Positions 32,935 through 47,085 of a stretch of 64,000 bases of DNA are shown here, piece by piece; within the stretch, counting starts at the first letter, position 1, and the number at the start of each line of letters is the position of its first letter. Below the pieces are notes generated by a model. The model saw nothing but the letters and a program-made list of their open reading frames with translations. It was not told where the DNA came from and made no database searches. The position numbers were made by a program, and so were the translations under genes. The DNA is from Leptogorgia sarmentosa (lineage: Eukaryota), in the NCBI GenBank assembly GCA_964658305.1, contig OZ210885.1, forward strand, positions 22,568,001-22,632,000, given 5' to 3'.

Positions 32935-35900
32935 ATGCCAGTCGGATGTGTAATACGTGGGTGTACTAGTGGAGCACATTCTTCTGCTGAAGCTATTCCA
33001 TTTCACAGGTATTTATTTATGTTTTGTAAAAACTTTACTAAAACTTCAAATAACGTCGAGTTATGTTGAAAAAAGTGTGAATATAAAAAATAAAACAAAC
33101 ATTAAATATGATACTGAGTACTTTTAAAAAATATAACAAAATAAACAAGCCTCTTTTTCCTATTTCCCAACACTAAAATACAGAAAAACACACATTTTGA
33201 CTTTCACCATTGTATACATCACCTATAAAAAAAAAATGAATAAGACAAGCAGAAAGACAGAAAAGTGAGAAAAACTAAAACTACATAGCAAATTTAAAAA
33301 TTGTTGTTGCAGATTTCCTTTAAAAAATAATGCTCTGCTGAAATATTGGGAGAATTATGTTCAAAAGGTGAATGAAAAGCCATGGCAAGCAGACAAATAC
33401 AGTTGTTTATGCAGCAAACATTTCCAGTCAACAGATTATATCCTACCACCTTCATCAAACAACACATGTCGACTTAAAAAATATGCTTTTCCAGGGCCGG
33501 ATTAACATCGCGCGGGGCCTGTGGCAGATGTTCAACGCGGGGCCCCTCATATAAGGAACAGTTTGAAATTTGGGGGGGGGGAGGTAGAGTCTCACGACTT
33601 TGTGAATTTAGAGTCTCTAAATCACCGGAAACGGCCATTTCAGAGTGTTAACCAAAGCCTTAACACTCAGAATAGAGTCTAGAGGTCTTACTGATATTGT
33701 AGTTGGAAGAAGCTTTATCTGATTTAAGGCAAAAAGGTGCCATTTTGACTTTTAGGCGAATTGGGCCTCACGTTTTTTTTAATTTGGTCTGATCTATGGC
33801 GCTCTTCGGAGTAATGTTGTTTTACTTTTGTGGAGCTGCCAGGTTTTTTGGGCCCTTTTTTGTCTACCCAAGCGCCGAAAAAAATTAGAGCTATTTTAGA
33901 ATTGGTTTTAAAAAGTAAAACCGTTCGCTCCGTCCGCTTCACTCGCTCCGTGCAGGGGAGCGAGCGGAGCGGACAGAGCGAGCGGAGCAAACAGAGCGGA
34001 CACTGGGGGCCCCCAAAACGCGGGGCCCGTGGGCAGACACCCTTTCTGCCATAGGGTTTATCCGGCACTGTGCTTTTCCATCCAATTCAACTGTACCTTC
34101 TGACCCCCCAACATTAGTAGCACATGATGAGGAACTGAACATGAGAATGAACAAGAGACCATGCCCAGCAAATGCAATTTTACCGCCAGAAAAAAGGCCA
34201 CGAGTTGTTTCAGGTGATGAAAGAGATGACTTACACAACAGGTTACAGAAAAAAATATGTTACAGAAAAAAATACGTGCCCTACAGCAAAAACTAAGAAG
34301 AACCAAGAAGAAGATGAATACCATGCATGAAGTCATTCAATTTCTTGAAGAAAAATTAGTTTTAAATTCTGAAGAATCACAAGCTCTACAGTCCACCCTC
34401 AGCAACACTCAATTCAAGTTTCTTTACAACTTTAAGGAATGAAATTAAGGAAATTAAGGAATTTGCTTTGACATTGTACTTCTATTCTCCCAGAACATAT
34501 AAATATGTCAGATCCTTAGTTCCACTCCCAAACCCATCAATGATTAGGAAGTGGTGTTCCTCCAAGTGTGACCCAGGATTTATCCACGAGGCTTTCACAT
34601 CCCTTTCTCAGATAGTAGCCGAATCGGATATAAACAAAGATTGCTGTTTGGTGATAGATGCAATGTCTATCCGCAAACAAACCATTTGGACTCCACGAAA
34701 AGACTCATACACAGGATTTGTAGACCTCGGAAATGAGATTCCTAATGAACATCCAGACAAATTGGCTACAGAAGCTTTGGTTTTTCTTCTAGTAGGCACA
34801 AGAAGTCACTGGAAATGTCCTGTGGGATACTTCTTGACTGATAAGATGAATGCAAATGACCAAGCCACACTGGTGAATAAATGTCTTGAAAAAGCTGCAA
34901 ATGCTAATTTAAAAGTATGGTCAGTAACAGCAGATGGCACAGCTGTTAACATTAGCACATTCAAAATACTGGGTTGCCAATTTTCTGGCAACTATGAATC
35001 GATGAAAACTTCCTTCAAGAATCCAATAAACAATGAAGATGTCTTTGCTATTCTCGACCCCTGCCACATGTTAAAACTGGCTCGGAATGCACTGGCAGAT
35101 ATGGGATCTTTTACTGATGGAGATGACAATATTATAAGATGGGCACATATTGAAGAGCTCCAGAATATACAACAAAAAGGATTTAACCTTGCAAACAAAC
35201 TGTCATCCAATCATATACCATTTCAAAGCCATAAAATGAAAGTGAGTCTCGCTGCACAAACTCTAAGTTCCTCGGTGGCAGATGCGATTGAGTTTCTGGA
35301 CAGAACAAAGGACTTGTCAAGCAACAGCAAAGGGACAACCACCTTTATTCGAACAATTGATGAACTTTTTGACATGTTAAATTCTAGAAGCCCAATAGGG
35401 AAAGGTTTCGAAAAACCATTAAAAGTTTGCGACAGAGAAAAATGGCAGGCATCCTTCTTATCAAAGGCAGAGTACCTTTTGAAATTGAAAACAAATGCAG
35501 AACATCCTCGACAACTGTCTCACACCAAGAGGAAAACATTCATAATTGGATTCCTGGCCTGTATAAAATCAACTATTTCAATGGCTAACCAAATGTTTGA
35601 ACCAACTACTAAACCTAAACCTTTCAACTATTTATTAACATACAAATTCTCCCAGGACCACCTTGAACTACTATTCTCATGTATACGTTCCAGAGGAGGG
35701 TGGAATAATAATCCCAATTGCCTTCAAATGAAGTACGCCCTCAGGAAAATGCTCATGCAGAATGCTAAAAACAGCATCAAAGAATGCAAACTGTGTTGAT
35801 TTCACTGGCTGCAGTAACATTATTCCAATTTTTCACACAAAAATCAATGATCAGTGGAAAACAGGCTGAAGAGAACAAAGAGGGTGGTTCAAATTCCAGT

Positions 35901-36420
35901 GAGGAAAATGAAATGAACCTCATGTGTGAACGTTTAGCATTTCAGGAGCATAGCAAATTTATTCAGAATGTTCTTTTCTACATTTCTGGATATATTGTGG
36001 TAAAGCTTATGGATAAACTCTCTTGTTCAGAGTGCAAAAAATGCCTACACAGCTGCCTGCCAATGGACACGATTATACGGCAAGTCTATATCATGACTGT
36101 GGGAAGGCATCAGCTTTCACAACTTTTGTGGACAAAGGCGGTTTGCAGATACCGTCAACATCGGTCTTCAGAACAATCGAGTATTGTGAGCATCTATTTC
36201 GCTCGAACATAGCAGGAGAAAACGGCCAGTACATCAGCCACAAATCTAATTTGAAGAAAAAGATGATTATCCAAGTGTGCCAACATTTCTCCCTTGATTC
36301 AACCAACGAACTTTTTCCCGAGCATGAAGAAGGACTTAGCGAGATCATATTCGAAGATGATCACAGAACAGGATTAATAAAATGTGTGGCGGACAAATAC
36401 CTTACATTGCGGTTGTTGAC
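32935..36420 (+). pseudogene. P-element transposase (THAP9-like): THAP exons plus transposase core with stop, frameshifts and a MITE insertion
   Basis: Exon 32935-33008 MPVGCVIRGC...PFHR; exon from 33313 FP...W...LCSKHF...AFP; core IDAMSIRK, TADG, DPCHMLKLARN, KMKVSLAAQ, TYKFSQDHLELLFSCIR. Confidence 0.93.
33492..34070. mobile_element. hAT-type MITE inserted at the end of the THAP domain
   Basis: TIR CAGGGCCGGATTAAC / GTTTATCCGGCACTG; 8-bp TSD TGCTTTTC. Confidence 0.93.
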
Positions 36421-39400
36421 ACTTAACACTGTTTTACAGCTTCGTTTGCTTATACCAGCCTGAGTCTCTGAAAATCTATGATCCATGTCGTTTGTGTACA
36501 TATTCAGGTAGAACAAAAATATCTTCTTTCATTTCCCTGATTCACGAATCGAAAGGACGTTGAAGAAGTTGCGATTCTCACTTTTTTGAATGGAAATTCA
36601 ACCGGTTATAAACTTCCAAAACATTAAAATAGCACATGGCAGCTGCCTCTTTGGTACCATGCAAAAACCGTGCTAGCGCGAGTAACCCCTGAAATGGCTT
36701 CAGGCAAGTTCAGGCATGTTCCTGCACAGGTAGCATTCCATATATTTTAGTTCAATGGGCTAGACCAAACATTTGTGATTGGTTGAGCACTATTTCCAAT
36801 ATGGCGGAAGGACAAGACAACAACAAAGAAACAGTCTCAAATCTCGAAGTTAAATTTGTTGGTGGACCTCGATACGATCTTTCCAATTTACCAAAAACGA
36901 AGAGTGGAAAGCGCAGACGCTCATTTCACAGACGTAAAATACCTCAACAATTAGAAGATATAGGTTTGTAAGCGTTTCTTGAATTGTTGTTATTAAACGT
37001 TTAGAATCACTTATTACGGTAAATCAGTAAATACGAAACTATACTACTCACTATATATACTAGTACATTTCTCTGTTTCGGTTTAATCAGTTTAACCTTG
37101 TCGGTTAATTTTAATGTTAAATATAATCTATTTTCCCAGATTCAAACACAGAAAATATTATCTGCGATCATGAAAGTGAATTGAATATGGTAAAATACCA
37201 AAATTATAGTTATTGTCATTATTATTAATATCGTTATTATTACATTCAATTATTTACTCAATATTCAATTATTTACTTGAAGATTGAAGATGTGCCATCA
37301 ACATCAGATCAATGTGTTGGCGTTAATTCAAGCACTGATGCATACTTTTCTGAAGTCTGTCGTGCAAGTGCATTAGTTTCAGTAGGATTTGACTTCATGG
37401 CTTTTGCAGTGCAAGATTTTGATGTTGCTAAAGGCTCATTAAAGGTTGCATAATTATGTACTTTATTAAATATGTACAATATCCTGTTCCTAAATATGTG
37501 GTGTGCATACTTATGGATTGTTTGCATCCAAATTGGTAAACTACCACAGAATGAAAACATATATGTTTTTCTTAGTGAAGCGTCGTCTACACAATTTTGG
37601 TGTTGATTCGCTTTGCTGAATTTACAGATGTTCCTGTGACAGCAATCGCTGTAAATATTTGTTATCACTAAATGTATATTTGCAAGGAACAGTCCAAGGT
37701 AAGATATGCATATGCAGTAAAATTTTTAAAATATGGTATGTTAGGTAGCACAATTAAACAATTATAATTTGATTTAGATACAAACCAGCGAATTCTGTCA
37801 TAAAAATGGGTTCTTTTCACAATATATGAGCAACAGAGCAACTGAATGACCTTTACAGTAGACCCAAACCCCTAACCCACTTTGATTGCTCATATCTAAA
37901 AAGGGTTTTAAAAAGTGGCCTTTTAATTGTTTGTAAAGATTTTATTTGATTGTGACTTGATTTAGAACTAACTGACAGATGTAAACCATGTGACCACTGT
38001 ATTATAGTGGAGAGATTTATTTGTTCAGTAGAGGCTGTTGATGGCACATTACCAGAAAGTGTTATGGGTATGCTGTTAACAAATTTGTGTATTGTGAATT
38101 TTCACAGTAACCTGCATTTTCATAGTATATACTATTTTTGGATGCTCAAGACCATCATAATGATCATGAATATTTTGTAAGTATCTCTGCAGACAAGTTT
38201 CCTTTGTATTTAGATTTATAAAAAAGCCTGTTAAGAACACAGGCGATGATTCATCAAGAGCCCTTAAATTTCAATCATATTTGATGTAATTTCACGGGTG
38301 CATCACCAAAATATGTAATGAGACTGCAAAGTGCATTGGTCTGTTTGCCCTTTTCAATGCTTCCCAAAATAATATTGAAATGTGACATCATTCACACATT
38401 TAAACATGTGCCGATTTGATTTCCTATAATAAATAACTTTAAAAAGTATAACGATGTATCCTTTCATTTCAGGATAGAGATAACATTTATGAATTGCCCT
38501 GCAGCAAAAGGGTTGTATCTGCATAAGCTGATGATATGTATTCATTTGTTGGCTCTGACCAATATGGAATTAAATGCCTCACATGCAAATATGACACCCA
38601 CAATTGTGTTCATGCTGCCTTTGTTCAAGCCAAGGTTGATCAGGATGACGAGTCATACCTCTTTTTGCATGATGTCTTTGCATGCATGGTTGCACACCGT
38701 CCTCCTTCAATTCCTGTATGTCTGTCGAAACAGAAAATCGACTTTACTGGGTCAATAGTCAGTTCCCTACAGGTGATACAAAGTATCAATTCTCTCTTGT
38801 CTGCTAATGATGATGGTATCTTCAATATTTTACCCAATGATGGTGGTTGTGGCAGTAGGTGCTCTTCATGTGACAGTTCAAAAGAAAATAAACAGACGGT
38901 TTCCAACATAAAATTGTATCTTTTTAATGAAACAATAGTTTGTAATGGTAAGCAAACAACAGTTATTATACAAAATTGTAAATGAAGTGTATGATAGTAC
39001 CACCAGGGGAAGGGCCTTCAAAAGCAGACTGCAATAGTTAAAATTTCTTGTGCTTCGTTGTCAAAATTTTATCTCAATTTATTGCTCTATTTCGTCAAGC
39101 ACTTCACTACCAAATTCTGGTTGCAAACGTTATTTTTAACTTTTTATTTTACACTCTTAAAGTGTCTTGCAGGCAATGGCCCAAATGTAGTGAAAGAGAA
39201 GGTGATGACATTTTTTAATGACTTTTTTTTTATGGTGGTGACTTCGGAATTTCAAACATGGGCAGATATCTTCTCTCACACGAGGTTCTTCGTGATTACA
39301 TGCATCATTTCTTGATAGGAAGGTAACAATTACTGAGTATCTAATATTTCTATGTTTTTTGGTTGTATTTGACCATTGATTTCTTTTTTGAAGCTTTTCC

Positions 39401-40035
39401 AAAAAAACCAAACCATTGTTCCGCTCATAATTAAAGGTTTTTTCTCTTGCTGTGTTTCAATTTAGTTGTACTTTGCAAACATACCATCAGGTATGGATCC
39501 GTCGACTGAAAGACCTGGGTACCAAAGAAGAAGCTCTGCCATCGTATAACCAGTTACGATATGCATGGTATTCTTTCTTGGGCTTGCTGGACATCAATTA
39601 CACTACAGAGAGTGTGTGTGCAGAGTGCGGACCAGAACCAGATGTTGTTGTTTGTGACGCTACAACTGTTGCCTTCAGGAAAACCATGGTTCTAAGGTGT
39701 GACCCTGGTGAGACAGATGTTCAAAGGTCTAGTTTAATGACTGGATGATAAATATTTTCTCTTTTTTCCTGTTTGTTTTATCATTTTCATCAATTACTGT
39801 GCAGTTACAGAGAAAATGTTTTTGTTTTTTTTTTGTAACAGCCAGACCTAAAGTACTTACTGTATTATTTATTGACGTTCTTCAATGTCTAAACTTATGT
39901 ATGTATTGTTGTTTTATTCTGTTTATAATAGTCACAAGGAAAGAGTGATGATCAGCTATCCCTAACCCTAATCTTTGCCGAAAATTACTGATGAAACTGG
40001 CAAACAATGGGAATCTAACAGATCAGCAATTCACA

Positions 40036-43000
40036 TAGGCCGTATTCTGTGGCGAAGTATCGTTCAATTTCGCTGCCCCCACTCGGGACCTAACGTTTTA
40101 CACCATAAATAAGAAGTTTCAAACACAAGATGCTAAAAATTACTTGTTGTCACCTCCATAGACCCGCAGTTCTTTAATAAAACTCTTCGAAAGTTGTTGA
40201 TATTTCCATTACTTGACAACCGTCCGCCATATTGGATTTTAATGTTTTTCGCTTGTGCGCATGCTCAGAACCGACATTATTAAGGTGGCTACGCAACGTT
40301 TTTCAATTTACAATCGCTTGATTATAATTGTTTCGAATTCGTATAATGCTTATAATCGAAAGAATTCTCGCAGATTAAAGTTAAAAGTTTCCTTACTGAA
40401 AATTTCAGTTATAAAAACAAGAAAAAAGCTAAATAATGATCTCACACACCCTTATGTTACTGTGCAGGAACAATATTTTGTACGTATCATTTGGGGATTG
40501 TAACACGGTGTATTGTTCTCTATGTCAATAAATCGTAAAATTCCTTTACCCTATTAATGAAACTGCGCAGTGTTAAATTGAAAATTCATCTTTACTGTAG
40601 AAGGTACTCATGATGCACAAAGTTGCAGTGACCCAATATTTGACACTGCAGTTGTGCACTGTAGCGAGTATCCCTTCAAGATTGGCATTTAATGGTTATG
40701 TAATGCTTTATGATACCGCATACGCTGAACAAAGAAAAATTTCTTTCTTAGGAAAAAAATCTTAGTGTTCTTTAAATAGTACAACAAATGCAAAAAAATA
40801 CCTTACCTAGTCAAAGTCATCATCGCTTTCACATTCGTCAACAAAAGAACTCGAAGAAGTGGGCAATCTGTCGAAATTCAACTCTTCTTCATCTTCTTGC
40901 TGGTCATTTTCACAACTTACGCAGCCACACGCTTCGCTGCATTTGAGTCCAGCCTTAATGCAAGAACACCGCATTGTTTTGCAACCAGTCTTACACTTAC
41001 AATGGATGCAGTTCAGCAGCATGTCAGGAGCAGGTGCACGAGTCATCCAATCAATTTCCAATTGCCCATCAATCAACTTCCAACCGTTATCGACTGCAGA
41101 TGGAAGGTTTTGTTGGCGTGTCAAGGTTAGGGACCAGGAAGCTGCTTGTAGATTCGCTCTTTCAATGTGCTTCTTCAGGCAATCGGAATTTGGTGGTAGG
41201 GCATCGCCAGCATATTTCCCGGATATGAAATGTCTGTACCTGCAATCATCAACATTCGTCGAAATCGTGTTACCATAAAGCAAGCAGACGAATTTATTTA
41301 GCGAAGTGACGAGATCTTCTGAAACTGGAAATGATTTTCCAAGTTTAAAAAAGCTTTCTTCAAATTCTGGATGGTCTTCGAGTATTTTCCAAGGCTTGGC
41401 TTTTCCTTTACCAATAAAGGCGCTCGTAGAATCGCATCCTATATAAAGTAGACGAAACATTAGCAATAAAATATTGCAGTGTGTGCAGTAAGGAGCATCC
41501 ATAAATATTTACCCGTGAAAGCATGAAATCCTGGCAGACATTTGCACAAGCCTTCTCCGAGTGTACGCGAGATAGCCGAGATATCAATGATGCAATGTTT
41601 GTTTCCAGTACCCTTCATGAAAAACAACGGCTTCCCAATGTTATTTTGATTCGCGATGCAAAGCAAGAACACGTCCGTGTCTGAACACTTAACAATAATG
41701 CTGTCGTAACTGATGGATGCATGCTGAGAATGTAGCAATAAGCGCGTATCAGCTTCTTCGTGGTCACTTTCTAGTTCCTGTACTTCTTCATGTTGTACAA
41801 CTGCATTTGGAGACGAACCAGGGACCAATAAATAGCATTTATCTTTTGACGTGATATAAATGCACTCTAAATTATTGAGCTTAGCCGTTTGATATGTACA
41901 CCAGTACTCGCACAGGAAAGCCACTAACCATTCTTTATTCTCGCCAGAGCTCATATACTTTTTCCACTGTTTTGGAAGACTCTGGTTTTTATTTAGGATA
42001 CGGACTCGTTGTACTCCTTGAGCAGCTCTTCTCGATCTTTCGGCGTTTTTTATACTGATAATTGGGTACCTGTCTGCAACGAAATCCAGTCTTACAGCTT
42101 TCGATTGGCATGCTAGCTTTATCAACAAAGCAAAGGTTGCGTCTGCAAAGTCACTGAACGTTTTCCAACATCCTTTCATCGCATGCAGGATCGCAAATGC
42201 GTCAACAATAAGGGCATTACGTTCGCCAATGTTTTCCATAGTGAGTAATGGGTCTTCCACCATATTGTTCAAAATTTCAAACATCTTGGATTTAGCTGTC
42301 TTCACAAGCCCTCCAGTAAGTGTGGCAAGTGAAAGTGGGTAATCGCTTAAGCTGTAAGATAGTAAATCTTTTAAGTCCAAATTCTGCGATTTAGACATTA
42401 CTAGTAGCCGGGCAAAAAGATTTCGATCTGTCTTCAACGCAATTAGCTGGCCTTTGCTGTTGTTGATCTTTGCCTTGTCAGATGAAAACGTTTTGAGCTT
42501 GTTCTTTTTAATCGGATTGAATATGTCTGGATCATCGGTGAAAAGATTCCTCTGACAGAACTCGGAGAATTGATGTTCTCCAAGTGTTTCAGCGCTGAGC
42601 ATTCCGTCTGCAGTTGAAGCATCGACTTCCACGCCATTTGCGATGTTAACAAGACCAGTCTGTTCACAAGTGAAAGGGTTTGTCATGTTTGAGATGGTGG
42701 ATTTAACATCATTTACAGACTTCTCGTGCTTTTCACTCTTGGTCTTATCAAGATCTTTTCTCTGCCTACAAAAAAAGAATGAAAATAACAACGACATTGA
42801 TAAGCATTTATTAAATCAAAATTCACATGCAGGTAATACAATAGAAGTTATATTTGGGCAGATATAGGAGTCATAATTGTGTTAATAGCATGATGACCTG
42901 GGATTCTATTTTTCTGAGCGGACGTATTACCGTCTAATACCCCCGCTCATGGGGGAAGTTAGTGATTAAATGTCCTCTCGGCCTCGGGACATTCAATCAC

Positions 43001-46000
43001 TAATTTCTATTGCATATAAAAATACTGTGGCTGAACTGTAATAGAATGTGGAATAAAATTTACCGTGGAGCACAATTTATTCCGGCCATAGATTTACAGG
43101 TTTGGGTTATTGCGGCTCTTTCTGACTGCGACAGCAACCACCTGTGGACTGATGCTCGATTCATTGAAAAGCCAGTTAAACCACCCTTGGTTTTTGAATC
43201 TCGGTTAACTGTTTGTTCTATAGTTTGGTCGCAAGCCACTGCTGAAAAACCATGATCACTTTGTCGCTGGACAGCGAAGTTAGACGACAACTCTGGCAGA
43301 ATACCTTTAATTAAATAAAAAGAGCGTGTCTTTAAACATCAAGATCTCAGTTCGTCTTGGTCATATTATGTTAATCTCCTTGGTGCATTGACTAACCTGG
43401 GTGAGTTTGTTCTAAAGACGTCATCTCTAGCCAATAAGCTGAACCATATCTTGCGTAATTAACTCGGTCACATGCGAAAAACCAGGGAATCATCGATCGA
43501 AATGCTGCCAAATGAAGTTCCCAATCAACCTGTCTGGTGGCTCGAATGAACATTAATACGATGCCTGTAAAAGCAGAGCGAGAAGATATTAGATTTGTGA
43601 ACTGAAAGTGAACATCAAGTATTGCCAGACCGCTATGTTACAATGCTTAATCCTATAATCTAATTATTTTACCTGCCATTCTGATATACATAGACCAATA
43701 TGCAAAAGTCTTTGATGATGCTGACGATTCTGCGATGAAGGTGTCGTAATGACGTACTAATCCTGCAAACTGTTCAGATTCAATGACATCGTTCATGTTA
43801 TGTTCAAGGAAAGTGTTCCCCGCCGCTTCAACAAGGGATTGGATATTCTCTCGAGATTCGTCGTCCAATGTCTCCATGAATGCTTCGAAACGCAGACGCT
43901 GCAATGCTTCATAAATAATTTTGTGACTCGTTATGGATCTGTTATAGTGTTTACCAGATAAAACTCCCGTAATAGATCCCTCGCTTACAAGACCGAATTC
44001 GATCAGCACATCCTAAGAAAAATAACAAATTTATCTAATCAAAATCAGATTTCAGATAACTGCCATGCATTTAGCGTAAATGGTACGGTTTTGTTTTTCA
44101 AGCGAAAACGGCGCAGATAAAATGAGATGAGACGCGCAAAGTAACCATTTATGCGCAGGTTTTCAAGTGACCTACATACCTTCAATCCTCCATCCTGAAA
44201 AATCTTGGAAAGCGAAGACAAGAAGGACATGATAACATGAAATTCCCCAAGCCGCACAACAAAGCGATTGTAAAAGTCATCATTTTTCCATCTGACCTGC
44301 TGCACTTTAGAATATATAGCTTCATCAAATATCAGTGTTGCAAAACGAAGCTGCAGCTTGTTGGCTATCTCCATGCATCTTTTCAGAATGGCATGAATCG
44401 TTGAGAACTCTGTTGGTGATGCATCGATAACGGGAAGATAACCAATCCTTGAAATGGGGGGGATAACATCCTCGCACAGCATTGTGTTGAAGCCAGTCCA
44501 TCCTGGAAGAAGACAATTATTTGGCGGCGAACTTTTAATCAATACATAAGCCAAATCAAGCTTTTGAGCCGTATCGCAAACAGTTGCGCTAGAAATCTGC
44601 CCCGGATGATGAAACTTTGGTGTCTTCTTAACCCCAAGACTAAAAGGCACGACGTCTGAGGCGGGTACTTTCACCGTCCGTTGCGACTTTTTTATCTCTA
44701 GAGTCTGTTCTGGACAAACTGGCTTTTCAGAGGTGATCCTTTGAGTCACGATACCATTAGTCACGTGCGTCTGTTTAGTGATCTCTTCCCCAAAGTCAAT
44801 ATTGTCGTACACTATGTTGACAGCTTCGCTTAAAACAAATTCCTTCGGGATCAGATTTGCTGTATTGATATTCAACTGCGCGATTGCCGTGTCGTAAGAC
44901 ATTGTTGTGGATATGGAGGCACAATGTCCAAGCCCGTTCAAGATATCAATAAGGCCAGTACAACCTGATATTTGTCTGACGGACATAGCCAATGCAAGAG
45001 ACTTCGGTGTTTGAGTCTTTCCTTTACTGTTATTATACACAATGTCTTGGCAGATTGAAAACACCTTAACGGCTAGCTTCTCCTCAAGATTAACATATTT
45101 TGACGCCTCTGCCTCATCCGAGTAACCAAGTAACCAACTGATAAAATTGAATAAAAGGGGAGACACAATTTTCTTCACACTTTCGCCAGTTATATCCGAT
45201 GATAAAGGAGGCCAGTTGTCATACCACGATTCTTTATGCTGACGAATATTCTCTTTCAATGCAAGGGCAGATAAATATAGTTCCTTAATGTTTGGAGTCA
45301 CCTTTTCATTCTTTCTTTCATCATCTTGAACTAATTCATCCATCTCTTCATCCTCCGTCTCATTCAATTCGCTTTGCTCATCCGTAGTCAGTAATATTTC
45401 AGCTACATTTCCACGGCTTAGATCTTCTGTGTAAACGATCTCACTTCTGTTTCTGACCTTTGGCGTATGAAAAACAAGTTGCGGAAATCTTTCTTTCAAT
45501 CTTTGCTTCAGGCGAAATGTCCGGTAGTTTGATGCGTCTTCATTTTCTAAATCTTTAACAATCCTTACAAATTCGTTCTTGAGTTTCGTCATGTAAAATA
45601 TGTTGTGGTCGTCGATGATGTTTTTCTTCACGTAAGCACAAAAAGAATCAAACGATTTGCCATAGATTCGTTCTTGCAATTCTTCCGTTTCATTTATGTG
45701 TTCTATAGGAGATACGTATCGTTTATAGCAGCGTCTATGATACTTGACCTCAACAGCTACACAATCCTTATTTAAAATGTGCAGTAAAATCCGATCGTCA
45801 TTTTTCTTTGTAGCAGCTTCCCTCAGTTTCCCTCCATCCATGGTTTCTGCAGCGACTAATCGGTCCAATCTGCGTTTTTTTGTAACCTATATAAAAAGAC
45901 AACTGAAATGAATGAATAAATTCCACTTTTAATTGGAGAGTATAATAATGGTATATTAGAGCCTGGAATGGTTAGTATGCTTTTTTTTCACGACAACGGA

Positions 46001-47085
46001 GAAAATGACTGTCAGAGTTTCAGTTGGCCTACCGGATAGTTGCTAAAGAACAGCCTAGTTCAAAAAATGAAGTACTTACTTGATCAGTAACATATGTGTC
46101 CTCCTTTTGGCAAATAAGACAAACAGGTGGCAATACATGCTTATTCCTAGATTTGAATGAGCTTGACTGATCAGATCTAAGTAATTTCTTTGGTGGAAAA
46201 GAATTTTCATGGCTTGTCTTTTGAGGTATGATTTCATTCTCTGTTTCTGCCTTCACTGATTGCTTCGAACACCTGGATTGAGCCCGTTTTATTAAAGTAA
46301 CATTAGTGAATTTTGAATAGCATTTCCTATGATAGTACAAATTCTGGATCGTAGGTAATGGCTGGTCTTGACTTTTTACTTGTCTCACAACATCACTAGT
46401 TTTCTCAGCTATCTTCTGGTGTTCGCCATCAAGCTTTATCCATTGTTCTTGACTGATTAGGAATTTCTCAAACGACGTTTTGGTGAAACAAGTAAGAGGT
46501 CCTGTCTCGTCTTTGAAGTGGACCAGGCAAGTTGGCGAACGTGAAAGAGTTTTCTCCTCTTGGTTCACTATGGTATCCATGTTTCAGGATTTAAATCACA
46601 TTTTTTGGTGAAAAAGAGATTCAGTCTTCCTAATGTTTGTACTCTTAGGTAATCATTTATTGGAAAACACACTAAAAACTGAACAGGGTTTTCTTTAACT
46701 CAATTACAAACTTTGAATACTGTGATGCTTGTAGTATTTCGCAGAGTTAATTTATTTATATTTTGCTTGATTTTCCCGCCATTTCCGTTCTGAGCATGCG
46801 CATTGCCCTTAAAAAGTCAATTTCCCTGCATAAAAAGGAGTTTGCCTGCGAACAGGTGCCCTCGAAGCTCAAAACAACATGGCGGACTACGAATTTTTTC
46901 TCTGTTATTTATCGAACATTTGTCTGGCTATTGTGTCAAAACTGCGGGTCTACGTACATGACAACAAGTAAATTTGTGTAGGGTATGTTAAAAACTATTG
47001 TATTACGCTTTTTAAACTTAGGTCCCGATTGGGGGCAGCGAAGTTCTATTTGTAAGCATATTTTCAGGCCTCAGAATACGGCCTA
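40036..47085 (-). mobile_element. AcademX transposon 2, full length (7050 bp)
   Basis: TIR TAGGCCGTATTCTG(T/A)GGC plus inner inverted ttcgctgccccca(c/a)tcgggacctaa; 3-bp TSD ACA (40033-40035, 47086-47088). Confidence 0.93.
40807..46580 (-). CDS. AcademX transposase-XPG/PIN nuclease-Cys8 protein; 7 exons, ~1613 aa, apparently intact
   Basis: Exons 46580-46080, 45886-44180, 44012-43673, 43564-43397, 43304-43064, 42765-41513 and 41438-40807 join in phase through GT-AG introns (4842 nt); motifs YDNID, FDEAIY, DQTIEQ, HEEADTR, SDTDV, FHAFTGCD, terminal Cys cluster. Confidence 0.9.

Larger units (their letters stand above)
28969..36757 (+). mobile_element. P-element transposon, defective
   Basis: TIR CATTGAACTAAAATATATGGAATG; 8-bp TSD GGCTAGAC (28961-28968, 36758-36765). 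Confidence 0.95.

Noticed and set aside
32935..36420. Domesticated host THAP9 gene
   Set aside because: Bounded by TIRs and a TSD, and carries multiple disabling lesions.
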